Of a stretch of DNA of 64,000 nt, positions 47,976-59,736 are shown in pieces. The stretch's first letter is position 1, and every line of letters starts with the position of its first letter. Where the stretch lies: the NCBI GenBank assembly GCA_027262695.1, contig GCA_027262695.1_4722.1; one strand, given 5' to 3'. A program made the position numbers and the translations under genes. The notes beneath the pieces are model-generated. The model did no database searches and was not told the DNA's origin. It saw nothing but the letters and a program-made list of their open reading frames with translations. The stretch comes from a phage.

Positions 47976-50566
47976 TCACCTTTGATTGTGTAAAACTTCG
48001 TGAAGTCCACGCGATCTTTCAAGAACTCACGACTGACACGTTCTAAGAACCGCAACTGTTTAACTGTGACTTCAAGCGGTGTCCAACTGTCGTGTGGATG
48101 AATAGAAACCATCCGCCAATCGTAATTGCGTAACGCAGGATCGTAATCATAGAACCATTTATACGGTTTCATGAAATCCATCAACTTAACGTCCTGCATA
48201 TCGGGATCGGGATCGATAACACCGTTGATAAGATCGTACGTTACCGCCATCAGCGTTGGACTGATCAGCTGATATTTGTTTTCGATCGTGACCGGCGTAT
48301 CGTACTGCACGCGAGGGAAATACAAGGACATATAGTCTTCAACGCGTTTGTCGGTTTCAAGACTCTTATCACGCAGGTAATACGTGTCTGTATTAACCAG
48401 ACCACGGATGGGGGCAATAACACGGTAAATCGCATAAGGCAATCCATCATTGACTTTGATGGTTGCTGGGTATTGGGTATCTTCAGCCAACACCACTTCG
48501 CTGCGATCCCAAATCCGACCACCGGCAACGATACGAACAACATGATCGTCACGAACGTTGAACACATCATCGTAAGACAGCTGACCATGCATCGTCCAAC
48601 CGGTGTCATACACGGTTTCACCGGTTAAGTCCGTACGTGGGAAACCCGTGCATCTTATCGTGACCGTATGTGTATTCCCTTCACCGAAATAACGCTTCGC
48701 ATTGATGACGATCGTTGGCCATTTTACGATATAGTCGATATCGCGTACCAGACTGTAGCTCTTAGTAGCTTTTTCGTCACCTAACCAGACTTCGATTTGA
48801 CCGGGTTCGAACGGCAGCGGGTATTCGATATCGATACCCGTAGTAACGTCCAACCACACGGTATGGTTACGATGTTGTATGGTGGTCTTGTAGGCCAAGA
48901 AGTAGGTGTCGAACAATACCAACCCGGTTTGTTTTCTTCCATCCAACGACCACTTAATCACACCGTTCTCTTCCGTTACCACAGAAGCATCATCGGTAAC
49001 ATCTTTCCATGTGTTTGCGACAGGTTGCCCATTACGAAGATTGACGCTATAGCAGCGATAACTTGCCCATTCACGAACAGGTACATCAGCAACACCCTTC
49101 ACGTAATCAAGCGTTCTTCCACCGACACCTGAACGACCCTCAACATACGACGTTGTTGGGTATTGTGGATAGAAATGTCGTCCAGCAGGATGTTGGGTGA
49201 TCCCTAACAAAAGGCCATTGCTATCATACTCGAAGAACGTTGCATTTGCACGCAACCCCCATGGGACTTCAGCAGCAGGCGTACCCATATCGTCGGTAAC
49301 ACGTTGTGGGCTATCCGCAACCAGTTTCGCCATCGCGTTATACCCGTAAGCAGAAGTCACCATGTCGATCGTGATATTGCTTTCCTTATTACGCATGATG
49401 CGTGTATAGTTGCTGGCTTCAAGTGTGCGTGCAAAGAACTCGGGTATATTCGCGTTCTGTTCTAACATCGCACCGATAATGACGTCGTCTGGAAGTTTAT
49501 ACAACTCGTGGATGCGATTATGTTCGAAGGTCAAATGCGTTTTCAAGCCGCTATCACGGACAATAACTTCCAACGTTAAATCGCGAAGTGATTCAGCCCC
49601 ATCAACACGTTCAACGAAATAGCTGACGTAATCAACAGGAATCCCGTAATCACGATGCGTAAGCATGCGGATACTATTTTCCTGGTTGGTGTGGTAGTAA
49701 CGTCCTTTTCCGTTAGGGCCTTTCACGTAAATATCGACATCATCACGATACTGAATCTTAATATCTTTCTCATCTTTCGGTGGATGAATCAGATACTTCA
49801 CTTTCTTGTCCAGATCGCTGTTATACGTTTTAAGGTCTTCGACACGGAAACTGTAACGATGGACAACCGTACCGTCGTAAACGACCTGAATGCTATCACC
49901 GATCTTAAAACTTGACGGCGGAATGTCTTCAACCGCTTCACCATTGATGCTGCAGTGCGTCCAGCCGATACCGGTTTCCTGGATCTTTTTACGCCATGCG
50001 TATAGCTGACGTTGCCACTGCAGAACCTGTGTGGAACTCGTCACGATACCGCCCAGGATATGCACTTCACGACCCGTCGGTTTTGTATACGCTGGATAAC
50101 CTTCAGCGAAGTCTGCGTTGAGATAGGTACGCCAGTAATAATCACCAACACCAAGATCGGCGATATTCGGTTGATCCAGTACGCAGATCAACATCGTTTC
50201 ATTTTCCAGGTTACCGGTCCACGTCAGTGTTAACGGGAATTCTTTACCGTCTTCGGTATAGATGTTGTAATAAGACCCTTTCACTTCGCAGAACTTGCTC
50301 AGTTCTCGCCACCATAACCGACCCGCCCCGACATTAAAATCCTCCCCCATATGGCGTCCGATAACAAACACATGGAACGTATTGGTATCATCAGGAAGAT
50401 TGAAGGTTCGATGCCAAGCGGTAAAATTTTTTACAGCGCCGGTTTTTCCGGTGATACGACGCATCTTGATACGATGCTGGTTGTCCATTAACGGACGGCA
50501 GTTCACGTTCAGCGCAGCATGATTGATCAAGTATTGCGCGGTAGGATTAGAAGCGTTCAACACCAC
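47972..50566 (-). CDS. hypothetical protein (864 aa), possibly virion-associated
   Basis: Large ORF, ATGA-coupled to the downstream gene. Confidence 0.55.
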   Translation of the reverse strand: MVLNASNPTAQYLINHAALNVNCRPLMDNQHRIKMRRITGKTGAVKNFTAWHRTFNLPDDTNTFHVFVIGRHMGEDFNVGAGRLWWRELSKFCEVKGSYYNIYTEDGKEFPLTLTWTGNLENETMLICVLDQPNIADLGVGDYYWRTYLNADFAEGYPAYTKPTGREVHILGGIVTSSTQVLQWQRQLYAWRKKIQETGIGWTHCSINGEAVEDIPPSSFKIGDSIQVVYDGTVVHRYSFRVEDLKTYNSDLDKKVKYLIHPPKDEKDIKIQYRDDVDIYVKGPNGKGRYYHTNQENSIRMLTHRDYGIPVDYVSYFVERVDGAESLRDLTLEVIVRDSGLKTHLTFEHNRIHELYKLPDDVIIGAMLEQNANIPEFFARTLEASNYTRIMRNKESNITIDMVTSAYGYNAMAKLVADSPQRVTDDMGTPAAEVPWGLRANATFFEYDSNGLLLGITQHPAGRHFYPQYPTTSYVEGRSGVGGRTLDYVKGVADVPVREWASYRCYSVNLRNGQPVANTWKDVTDDASVVTEENGVIKWSLDGRKQTGLVLFDTYFLAYKTTIQHRNHTVWLDVTTGIDIEYPLPFEPGQIEVWLGDEKATKSYSLVRDIDYIVKWPTIVINAKRYFGEGNTHTVTIRCTGFPRTDLTGETVYDTGWTMHGQLSYDDVFNVRDDHVVRIVAGGRIWDRSEVVLAEDTQYPATIKVNDGLPYAIYRVIAPIRGLVNTDTYYLRDKSLETDKRVEDYMSLYFPRVQYDTPVTIENKYQLISPTLMAVTYDLINGVIDPDPDMQDVKLMDFMKPYKWFYDYDPALRNYDWRMVSIHPHDSWTPLEVTVKQLRFLERVSREFLKDRVDFTKFYTIKGE

Positions 50567-51539
50567 GGCATGCCTCCAGGAGGTATTTCATGTTGGCTTG
50601 GAAGTCGTTGACGTCACGCGCCATGCGACGCTGATCCGCCATGAGACGAGCCAACACGGTATCACGATAACCACGGTCGTGGTCAGCAGCAGAGCATAAA
50701 AGAATAAATGTTGGCGGATGCTCTAAAGCGATCCCGGCAACTTCTTTACTGTACCCCCCAACCCAACTGTAGGCGGTAATCTCAAACAACAGCGCTTGCG
50801 TTAACGTGTTCAAACGTGGGCTGATATTGCTTTCTTTTAATGCGGTAACAAAAGCCGCCATGTTAGGGATAAAGCCCAGGTTCTCGGTAACGATTCCGAT
50901 GCTCGCAAAGTCGTAACGAAGCGTTGTCTGGATGGTGCGTACCATCGTGAGTCTTTCATTATTTGTAAGGCTATCTTTAAATAAGCAAAGATAGTACCAC
51001 GCTGTTATGATGGCAACATCACGACGTTGTTGGAGATCCAGACCTAAACGTTGAGTAATTTGTCCGCTGATCCAATCGCAGAAGACACGCATTGGGATAG
51101 GACCAAGGCGTTCAAAAGGACGTGTGCCCAAGGATTCCCATCCTACCTGAAGATACGCACGTGATTGAAGAAAGTTATATTCACGTTCGTTAACGACGGT
51201 AGTACGCGATCCTGGGCGTGAAGTGTCAGTTGGTGTGCGGGCATAGGCACGCTGGTCGATGACGACGCGTTGCCCATCCATCACCGTTTTAATCACCAGC
51301 GGATGACCGAAGGAAGGAATATCGTCTAACGTGTTTTTGTTACCGATAACTTCTAAGACGGGGGTGTTTACACCATTTTCTTCTCCGGGTGCGCTTAACA
51401 ACCCACCGACATAAGCAACCTCGATGGCGGTGCGAATACGGTCAATCCCTTTGAGTTTTGTTCCAACAGTTGTGTCGTAAGGAGAGATGAACATAGATAA
51501 TTCCTTTATTACGGCATAGTAAGAAAACGGGTTACGCAC
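50547..51539 (-). CDS. hypothetical protein (330 aa)
   Basis: ORF on the dominant strand; divergent from the plus-strand sheath-like gene. Confidence 0.5.
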   Translation of the reverse strand: MRNPFSYYAVIKELSMFISPYDTTVGTKLKGIDRIRTAIEVAYVGGLLSAPGEENGVNTPVLEVIGNKNTLDDIPSFGHPLVIKTVMDGQRVVIDQRAYARTPTDTSRPGSRTTVVNEREYNFLQSRAYLQVGWESLGTRPFERLGPIPMRVFCDWISGQITQRLGLDLQQRRDVAIITAWYYLCLFKDSLTNNERLTMVRTIQTTLRYDFASIGIVTENLGFIPNMAAFVTALKESNISPRLNTLTQALLFEITAYSWVGGYSKEVAGIALEHPPTFILLCSAADHDRGYRDTVLARLMADQRRMARDVNDFQANMKYLLEACRGVERF

Positions 51540-51640
51540 ACAGATTTAAGCATAATGGTAATATTTTACGTAATGCCTATGACATTGTGTCACGTGTGCA
51601 ATTATGTCATACAATTTCCTTAATTTAAGGAGAGTTATAA

Positions 51641-53718
51641 TGAGGCTCAAAAACAGTACGCCTCGCGCGATTTTCACGGGCTTTAAAGAGGGTCTCACTA
51701 CGGATCCGGTAACCGCCCCTGAGATCACGCCCATTCACCTCCCGTATGTATACATTCAGGGTGGTCGTGGTAAAGAGGATACCTTGCTTTTAACAGGGGA
51801 CGCCCTGTCCACCGTTTACGGTGACGAAATGTTGAATTACCGTAGTAAGTATGCTTCTCCTGCAACACTGATTGCACGTCAAGCGGCTTCAACCGGTAGC
51901 GCAATTTTCACCAAACGTTTGGTATCACCCGATGCAAAATACGCACGTATTCGTATCGGCGTAGAAGTGGTTGACGATGTTCTTCCGGTATGGCAACGTA
52001 ACCCCGACGGTTCCTATAAAAAGGATCAGGACGGCAACCGTATTCAGGACGGCGACAAAGTCACCAATAAAATCAAAATGCGTTGGGTCGTTAACCACGA
52101 CAAAGACGCTGACTCACCGCATGAATTCGGTAAAGATGAAGCCACTATCGGATCAATGACCGCAACCGCGGACGACGCTCAGAGTAACTACTATCCGATT
52201 CTGGATGGTCTGGTAAGCTGGCGCGGTGAGGAAGGTAACAATATCGGTCTGCGTTTAGAAGCGCCGACCGCATTGAGCAGCAATCCGACCCGTACCGACA
52301 TCATCGAACGCATCGGTGCATTCCTGTACCGCATCCAGTTCGTTGAACGTAAGTCTGCACGTACTGCGCCGACGGTCATCCGTACCATCAGCGGTATGGA
52401 GCAAGAAACGTTCGCATTGCAGACAGGTGTTATCCATCCGGACGACGAGACCGATCTGTCCTTTGATAAAGTCGTTGTTGATGCCTACGAGTACAATGAA
52501 ACGGGGAATACCCCGATCTTTGCACCGATGGATCAACTCCACATTTATCAGAAGAATATCGACGAGCTGACTAAGCGTCTGTATGATGCTGAGAAAGCGG
52601 AAGCCGGAAACCATCTGCTGACCGACGTGGAATTCGTTGAAGGTCAGATGAACATCCTTACCGGTGTTGACTATAACGGTATTCCGTACTACGCGGTGGA
52701 AGTCCTGGATGCAGACGAAGGCGGCGTTATCTTTGATGGCAGCAGCACCTTCTACGCGATCGACGGTAGCGATGGCACCGTTGACTGGGATACCTTCGAT
52801 GCGTTAGCGCAACAGCAGTTCGCGTCGTTCGGTAACATGGGTGAAGACCTGGAAGACATGGCGTATTATCCGTTCTCTATCGTGTACGACATTGGTTACA
52901 AAGTCGATACGAAGAAAGCAATGGCTAATGTCTTGTCCCTGCGTCCAGACGTCATGATCATTGCGTCAACCCATACCTGGAAAGGTGTGGAACTGAACGT
53001 CGACGAAGAAAGCTCCATGGGTGCAATGCTACGTAACTATTACCGCCTGCATCCAGAAAGCGTGCTTTACAACACCCCAGCGTGTCGTGCTGCTGTGTTC
53101 ATGCAGTACGGTGAAAGCATCGAAGCGCCGAGCTTAGGTAAAGTTCCATTAACCATGGAAGTGGCTAACAAGCTGGCAACCTACATGGGTGCTTCCGATG
53201 GGGTTATTCGTGGAACCCGCATCGATAACAACCCTGGTAACGTTGTCACAACGATGCGTAAAATCAACAAGACGTATCGTAACGCAACGGTTCGCGATCG
53301 TGATTGGGAAAACGGTTTGAACTATGTTCAGACTTATAACCGTAATTCCAACTTCTTCCCAGCGTGGGGCACGATATACAACAACGACCGTTCGGTATGG
53401 CGTTCGTTGATCAACGTGATCATCGGTTGCGATCTGACTCGCGTGTGCTATCGTCTCTGGGCAGAAACCACCGGTACAACAGGAATGGATGAAACCCTGT
53501 TCCTGAAACTGATGGGCGAACGCTTCCTGGAATACACCACGGGTCGTTATAACGACCACGTGACTGTTAAGGGACGTTTCTACCTGGATAAAGAAGACGG
53601 TTATAACGGCTTCAGCTATCATGGTGATATTAGCCTGATCGGTGATCCGGGTATGACCGTGGGTACGTTTACCATCACCGGGCTGCGTCGTAACACCGAA
53701 GCAGCTGAAGCGGCGTAA
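51641..53718 (+). CDS. candidate contractile tail sheath protein
   Basis: About 692 aa from the ATG at 51641, preceded by TAAGGAGAG; the track start at 51604 lacks an RBS. Size and the immediately following tube-sized gene fit the phiKZ sheath/tube pair as I recall it; no sequence motif was verified. Confidence 0.4.
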
Positions 53719-53733
53719 TGAGAGGAGTCCATA

Positions 53734-54624
53734 ATGCGTCCTGATAATACCCTACTCGGTGAACAGGGTGTTGGTGCTCTTAGCAACGCGGCTATGGTCG
53801 ATATTCGTGCAGGTGCCCAAAACGGGTACATCAGCAATATCGGTACGTACGTTGCTAACGCCAACTACATTCCGAACCAAATGTTCTGCCTCCTGCTGGA
53901 GGCACCACGTGGTTTCAACTACCTGCCTAACCCGGATGTCCAGATCGGCTATCTGAAAGCGCTGGTAGAAGAAGTTGCGCATTCGATTACCGGTCTGCAA
54001 CGTGGACTGGAAGTTGAATTCGTTAGCGTCCCGGTTTCTGGTTCCGGTGAAATCCAGGAAGAAGTCTCTGACGTTAAACGTCCTCGCTCTAACCCGACCT
54101 TCGGGATCTATGAGAAAGAAGGTCGTTCCGTTAGTTACTTCCTGGAACAATGGATCACGTATTTGTTGATGGATCCGGATGCCAAATACCCGATGTTGTC
54201 GTCTATCGTATCCACCGGTGGTCCAACCGACCTGCTGGCGGATTATCGTAGCGCAACAATGCTGTTCGTTGAGCCAGACCGTCAACACAAGAAAGTGGTT
54301 AACGCCTGGCTGTGCACGAACATGATGCCTCACGGTACCGGTGACTGGACATCACGTCGTAATAAGAACGACGCACCGAACGTTGTAGAACTGAGTATTC
54401 AGTTCACCGCGTTAACGCAGACCAACTACGGCGTGCGTGCATTTGCACAACGTCTGCTGGATAAGATGAACCTGCTCAAAGTTAACCCGGATTTCCGTCC
54501 GGCTTACTTAAGCGATATCGATCCGGCTGTTGCTGCACAGAAGGTGGGTTATACCTTCGACTTTGATAACAACGATACCTTCGAGGTACCGAGCGCTTAT
54601 CAAAACGTAACACCTCGCGTGTAA
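53734..54624 (+). CDS. candidate tail tube protein
   Basis: 296 aa ORF 15 nt after the sheath-like gene, with a GAGAGGAG RBS; followed by a strong bidirectional terminator. Confidence 0.35.
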   Translation: MRPDNTLLGEQGVGALSNAAMVDIRAGAQNGYISNIGTYVANANYIPNQMFCLLLEAPRGFNYLPNPDVQIGYLKALVEEVAHSITGLQRGLEVEFVSVPVSGSGEIQEEVSDVKRPRSNPTFGIYEKEGRSVSYFLEQWITYLLMDPDAKYPMLSSIVSTGGPTDLLADYRSATMLFVEPDRQHKKVVNAWLCTNMMPHGTGDWTSRRNKNDAPNVVELSIQFTALTQTNYGVRAFAQRLLDKMNLLKVNPDFRPAYLSDIDPAVAAQKVGYTFDFDNNDTFEVPSAYQNVTPRV

Positions 54625-54645
54625 CGTAAAAAAAAAAAATATTAC

Positions 54646-54683
54646 ATCCTCCTTCCCTAGCCATCAGGCCGGGGAAGGAGGAT
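54646..54683. terminator. Bidirectional terminator hairpin (ATCCTCCTTCCC / GGGAAGGAGGAT)
   Basis: 12 bp stem flanked by an A11 run and a T-rich tract, between convergent gene ends. Confidence 0.6.
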
Positions 54684-54693
54684 TATGGTTTAT

Positions 54694-55233
54694 TTACTGT
54701 TGGTTCTTAGCTTCACGAATGAAAATGACATCAGGGTATTCTTGGGATTCAATGAATTCAGGATTACGATAACGACGAATATGACGCATCGTCGTACAGG
54801 CAAGTTTGTAAAGGTGTTCCTCCTCACGTTGGGTTAACAACATCAATTGCGCATCAGGGATCACAAAAGGAAGCCTCTCATTCACGTATTCTCGCAGATC
54901 ATCGAGATCGTCATGATGTATCCCCTCTGAGAGTTTGTAGAGCGCTTCTAATAGCTCCAAACCACCGAACTGGTAGCTTCCTATTGTTGTTTTAAACAAT
55001 GCGCCAGAACGCGTGGTGGATGCCCTATCGGCAACATCGTACTGTTCTAGCATATAACCATAAACCATGCTGCGTTTATCTAGCGTATCCTTAACGAGAT
55101 TACGCCATCGTTCTAACCTTTCGAGTGCCTTGTCGATAGAATAGACGATCATACCGTGCTCATCTAACTCTTCGGCGATACCCAGAAGTTCTGTATCGTT
55201 AGGTTTTGCAGCACCGATAAGAAAAACGCTCAT
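54694..55233 (-). CDS. hypothetical protein (179 aa)
   Basis: ORF on the dominant strand. Confidence 0.5.
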   Translation of the reverse strand: MSVFLIGAAKPNDTELLGIAEELDEHGMIVYSIDKALERLERWRNLVKDTLDKRSMVYGYMLEQYDVADRASTTRSGALFKTTIGSYQFGGLELLEALYKLSEGIHHDDLDDLREYVNERLPFVIPDAQLMLLTQREEEHLYKLACTTMRHIRRYRNPEFIESQEYPDVIFIREAKNQQ

Positions 55234-55646
55234 TACTCAAACTCCTTATTCCAAAACTCGATTAATGAATCGAGCTGTTCCTTACTGGTTATCTCACCCC
55301 CTCTAACAAAATGGAATCGTTCTTGGATTGCGATCTTTTCAAGAATGTCGGTGAGTAAGTGACGGTGACAGAAACTCCCTGCCGGACAGTAACACCCTAA
55401 CACAACAACTGGATGGGAAAATAACGCCAGCCATGACGGGGTGTTTTCAACGAAGCTTTTACGCATCATCGCGTAAAAGCCTGCTGTGTATTCATCCTCG
55501 GTTAACGTTTTTGATTTGATTCCGGTAACAAGCTCCCATGAGGGTGCAAAAAGCGGGTTACCTGTTTTCACCGTCGTGTCCAGTAGGAACGCTCGTGTGT
55601 CTGAAAGCCAACGGTATTTGGCTAATTGAAGGGTATATAAAAACAC
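55233..55646 (-). CDS. hypothetical protein (137 aa)
   Basis: ORF on the dominant strand. Confidence 0.5.
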   Translation of the reverse strand: MFLYTLQLAKYRWLSDTRAFLLDTTVKTGNPLFAPSWELVTGIKSKTLTEDEYTAGFYAMMRKSFVENTPSWLALFSHPVVVLGCYCPAGSFCHRHLLTDILEKIAIQERFHFVRGGEITSKEQLDSLIEFWNKEFE

Positions 55647-55752
55647 AGCGCTAACCCCAAAGGATAAAAATAAAACCGTAACATAGCCACCACCGCAACC
55701 CCATGACAGGGCTACGGTGGGGTTTATACAGAGAGACGAGTTAAATTACAAA

Positions 55753-56232
55753 TTAGCCTTTCAGCAGCTCAGCGGCATATGCACTGATGTTATCGCGAAT
55801 ATGCTTAACCTGAGTTGTTGGGAAGGATTTCTTATACGCGGTAGTCAGACGTCCGTAAACCTGTTTCTTCTCGTTAGAACCGAAACCAACTTCAGCGCTA
55901 CGTTGAACGGTTGCTGATACAACGTCTTTACCCAGCGGCAGCGTAACAGAAACAACGTCAACCTGCTTGTTGTCTGCCATGAACTGCGCACCAACGCGAC
56001 CTACTGCCAGACCATGAGCCAGACCGATGTCTGTTGTCAGTTTCTGTGCTTTTTCCAGGATTTCTTTTTCTTCTGGTGTTACCAGCGTACCAATGAAATC
56101 ACTGCCCAGCTTCTGGCTACCTGATTCGTCCAGTTTGAGACCAGCAGCGATTTTATCAGAAAGAGCCTGAACTTCCGGACGTACGTTAGAAGTGGTTTCA
56201 GTCGCTACGGTGGTTTCTACAGCTTCAGACAT
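55753..56232 (-). CDS. hypothetical protein (about 159 aa)
   Basis: Start trimmed to the Met at 56230-56232, preceded by GGAG. Confidence 0.45.
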   Translation of the reverse strand: MSEAVETTVATETTSNVRPEVQALSDKIAAGLKLDESGSQKLGSDFIGTLVTPEEKEILEKAQKLTTDIGLAHGLAVGRVGAQFMADNKQVDVVSVTLPLGKDVVSATVQRSAEVGFGSNEKKQVYGRLTTAYKKSFPTTQVKHIRDNISAYAAELLKG

Positions 56233-56367
56233 GTTAATACTCCAATTAGTTTTTCGATCGATCAAAAGGATAAAATCAGAAGATTCATTTCTTCATAGGG
56301 AAAACACAAGTCGGTTAAGGTTTACTTCTCAAACTCCTTGCGTTCTATCAGTTAGGTAATATAGACC

Positions 56368-57165
56368 TCAACTTTTTTCCAATAATGTCGCAACGGAACG
56401 GGCGAATCGGATAACCTTGTAGTTGCGTGTCTGTGTGACATCTTCCCCATCGCTGTCCTCTTCGGACGGATCTTCCCACGTGAACTCTTGTTCCTCCGCT
56501 TTCTGGAGGTAACGATACAACTGCACCATACTGCGGGCTGTCGGAGAGATCGCTTGAAGTTCAGTTAAGTCATCTTCCGTCAACAACACGTGCGGTGAAC
56601 GCAGCGGTTCCATCGTGGTATTGCATAACAGACGAATCAGAAGATCCACGCATGGAATAATCGAACCTGGTGACGCGATTTCAGGATGCAGCGTATACTG
56701 CCAATATACGGTGTTGTAATACGTCAATACCGCAGGTAACGACGGGTGTTCCATTACACGTGCGATTTGCTGTCTTACGATAGAAGCGCGATCATTCAGA
56801 ACATCAAGCGTGATCTGTTGTGGTTCCATCACCGCCATTGAAATGCCGTATGCGTCAGCCACGCCCAGGATTTCATGAAGGGACTGACGTTCTTCTTCAA
56901 CAGATGTTGTTCCAACGGCTTTACGTCCAGCCAGCTCAATAAGCATGGGTGTAACGGTCTCTTTAACCGCGTTAAAAGAAGCCTGGTAAGCATGCTTGTG
57001 GAGATACAACGTCCAGGCTAATGCACGTTCTGCCGTATGCAGAAGATCAACATAAGACAGATCTTGATAACAAGGTCCGTATACGCTTACGGCAAGCTTG
57101 GTGGCTTTCTCGGATGCAGCCATAATAGCATCTGGTGATTTAGGCATATCGCGTTCTTCTTGCAT
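56368..57165 (-). CDS. hypothetical protein (265 aa)
   Basis: ORF on the dominant strand. Confidence 0.5.
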   Translation of the reverse strand: MQEERDMPKSPDAIMAASEKATKLAVSVYGPCYQDLSYVDLLHTAERALAWTLYLHKHAYQASFNAVKETVTPMLIELAGRKAVGTTSVEEERQSLHEILGVADAYGISMAVMEPQQITLDVLNDRASIVRQQIARVMEHPSLPAVLTYYNTVYWQYTLHPEIASPGSIIPCVDLLIRLLCNTTMEPLRSPHVLLTEDDLTELQAISPTARSMVQLYRYLQKAEEQEFTWEDPSEEDSDGEDVTQTRNYKVIRFARSVATLLEKS

Positions 57166-57449
57166 CTTTTTAATTCCTACTCAACAAAAGGTTCATGTTC
57201 GACATCACGTGTCATGTATCCGTAGAATAATGAGTCCTGGTAAGCTTTTACATCAAAAGGCGGCATAAAAAGTACCTCCTCACCCACAAGGGGCAAGGAG
57301 GTTCGTCCATCACGACGGAAGGACGTTATGTGACGCGGTGTCCATAACGGCCCTGGTAGCAGGCATTAAAGATAACAAAAAGGATGTAAGTTGAGCTAAA
57401 CCACCTAAATACGGTAACGATGACTTCCGTACACAATATACTGCAACAC

Positions 57450-58259
57450 TTACCACTGATTAAAGCTTCCTGCTTTAACGACGTCGCAACGCAGATGGTT
57501 ACGTAATTGATCCAGGAAGACAACCGGGCTATCGCCGGATAGCATGGTCAGGGCGTGCTGCCCACCGGAACGAACAACCAGCTCATCAACCATCGGTGCG
57601 GTAATCGGAAGATCGTACGCATCCATGATGGCTTTAGCTTCCTGTTCGAGGTCTTTCTGGAAGCCTTCCATCGTCGGAGAGTCGTATTTGGTTGCAAACT
57701 CGATCCCAGGTAAGTTGACATAATCGTACGTCATAACGCGGGTCATTACACGACGTCGCTCACGTTGCCAAATCTGAGGATCGGTTAACGCACGTACTGA
57801 AAAACACACGTTCACCAACGGCGTTTCAAAGTCTTTACGTAACGCATCGCCATACGGACCACAAGGAATAACATCCCCCATCACCATCACGACAGGACGA
57901 CCGCGACGATCGCGTCCCGATTCCTCTAACCAAATCTTAGAAAAGCAATGGCTTACCTTGGTTTCTTCGATTCGTAACGCACGCTGTAAAAAACTGGTTG
58001 CGTCCTGCCCAACTTCTGGTTTCGGATGACCGTACTCACCTTTCAATGAACGGTTACGTGCGTTCGTTTGCAACAAGCTGTTTTCTAAGAACAGCGGTTT
58101 CGAACGTTCAAGTTCGTAATATTCTTCGGTATTGTTAAAGCAGTTAAATCCGCCTATGACACAGGTGTAGGCACCGTCGGCGTTAGGACGGATAATGCCT
58201 TTCTTATTCACACCAAGATAACTGGTGCAAACAAGATTACTAATTGGTGGTTGCATCAT
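57450..58259 (-). CDS. hypothetical protein (269 aa)
   Basis: ORF on the dominant strand. Confidence 0.5.
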   Translation of the reverse strand: MMQPPISNLVCTSYLGVNKKGIIRPNADGAYTCVIGGFNCFNNTEEYYELERSKPLFLENSLLQTNARNRSLKGEYGHPKPEVGQDATSFLQRALRIEETKVSHCFSKIWLEESGRDRRGRPVVMVMGDVIPCGPYGDALRKDFETPLVNVCFSVRALTDPQIWQRERRRVMTRVMTYDYVNLPGIEFATKYDSPTMEGFQKDLEQEAKAIMDAYDLPITAPMVDELVVRSGGQHALTMLSGDSPVVFLDQLRNHLRCDVVKAGSFNQW

Positions 58260-58292
58260 AACCCCTTAATAAGCAACTAAATGAAAACACGA

Positions 58293-59024
58293 TTACCACG
58301 CATACGATCCAGCGCTTTGATGTCCTAAAAGGACTAACGCATCATCTTTAGCAGCCAGGTATTTATCCATTGTAATTTTCGTTACCGACACATTGGAAAA
58401 ATCCATAACCCCCAATCGATGATCGTAATGGTTAATTTGCATTCGGTAATACCCTTTCTTTACAACCAGGAACTCACCTTGACGCAACCATAACGGAACA
58501 TCATCGACTTCCGCATGAATGTAGAACACAGGACACTCTGTCGATACGGAGCTGTCTTTTCCGTCTTTGTCCTTGATCTTACCTTTGGGTATAGCCGCAA
58601 TAAAACATTCGCCAATACGCTTGGTGTGATAACCTTCCGGGTATCGTGGGTCGTGAAATAACCAATGTTCGTCACTGATATCAACATCAGATAACAGCGT
58701 ACGATGAGGACGTAATGCAAGATCGAATGGAACCCGATAGATGACATACCCGCCCAACCAGTGCGCGAGATTACCACCGGAATAGTACTGCTTAATGGCG
58801 GTGCTATAACCGTATATGCAACCCATCAGGCTGCTGGATACACAAATCCGTGGAAATGAACCATCCTCCATTCTCAAGGTACGCTGAGGAATACGAGGTG
58901 TCATCGTTTTCAATTCGGTATCGGTGCTGATGTGTAATAAGCCGAACGGTAACGTTCTGCTGGGTACCCACGCACAGCGTTCCATAATTGCTCTTGGGAC
59001 AATTGTCTCGATAGCCGATAACAT
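58293..59024 (-). CDS. hypothetical protein (243 aa)
   Basis: ORF on the dominant strand. Confidence 0.5.
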   Translation of the reverse strand: MLSAIETIVPRAIMERCAWVPSRTLPFGLLHISTDTELKTMTPRIPQRTLRMEDGSFPRICVSSSLMGCIYGYSTAIKQYYSGGNLAHWLGGYVIYRVPFDLALRPHRTLLSDVDISDEHWLFHDPRYPEGYHTKRIGECFIAAIPKGKIKDKDGKDSSVSTECPVFYIHAEVDDVPLWLRQGEFLVVKKGYYRMQINHYDHRLGVMDFSNVSVTKITMDKYLAAKDDALVLLGHQSAGSYAW

Positions 59025-59025
59025 A

Positions 59026-59736
59026 TTACCCCCTCAGAATCGCTTCTGTTTCGCTGATCGTATCCGCAGGATAAACCAAACTACTGTCGATGGCGTTATT
59101 GACGTAACCACCCATTAAGTTGGTGATGGTGTTTGTACCGCTATCGATGATGTTTCGTAATCCGATATCGATGGCTTTTAACGTACTGCGTTCCTCATCA
59201 GAAAGCAAACGCCAGGCTCGACGACGGTCGTTGGGATCACGCGTGGTGATAGACGCCAGAACAGAATAAATGCTGCTGTCTGCGTTCAGCTTAACCCCAG
59301 CTAATTTTGCAGAGGTATACAACAACTGATATTTCTCTTTCTCGGTGTACCACCATGGCACCTTACCGAGTGTATAGATCTCGTTATACATCAACCAAGG
59401 AAAAGAGTTGCGCATAACAACATCGGTCGATACCAACACGGTATCACCTGGAAGAAAGACAAATTCATAAAACGGTTGACCATCCATGGTAATCTCACGG
59501 ATGTCGGACGGGTCGATATGGAGCTGGGTCAATGCGTGGCTGACACCATACTGACCATCGGGAAGAATAATCGGGCAGCACGCACAAACCCGGTTCTCAC
59601 TCCCGATGATAGATAAACCCAATCCCTCGTAACGGACGGGTGTCAGAATCGAACACCCGCCACGAGTAACAACAGATTTATCTTCTTGTATGTCCCAGTC
59701 CGCAAGCACCGCAGCACCGTTGCGGACAAGCGCCAT
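59026..59736 (-). CDS. hypothetical protein (236 aa)
   Basis: ORF on the dominant strand. Confidence 0.5.
   Translation of the reverse strand: MALVRNGAAVLADWDIQEDKSVVTRGGCSILTPVRYEGLGLSIIGSENRVCACCPIILPDGQYGVSHALTQLHIDPSDIREITMDGQPFYEFVFLPGDTVLVSTDVVMRNSFPWLMYNEIYTLGKVPWWYTEKEKYQLLYTSAKLAGVKLNADSSIYSVLASITTRDPNDRRRAWRLLSDEERSTLKAIDIGLRNIIDSGTNTITNLMGGYVNNAIDSSLVYPADTISETEAILRG

Noticed and set aside
57326-57523. 65 aa ORF in the intergenic region 57166-57449
   Set aside because: Overlaps the end of the upstream gene and a terminator hairpin; no RBS.
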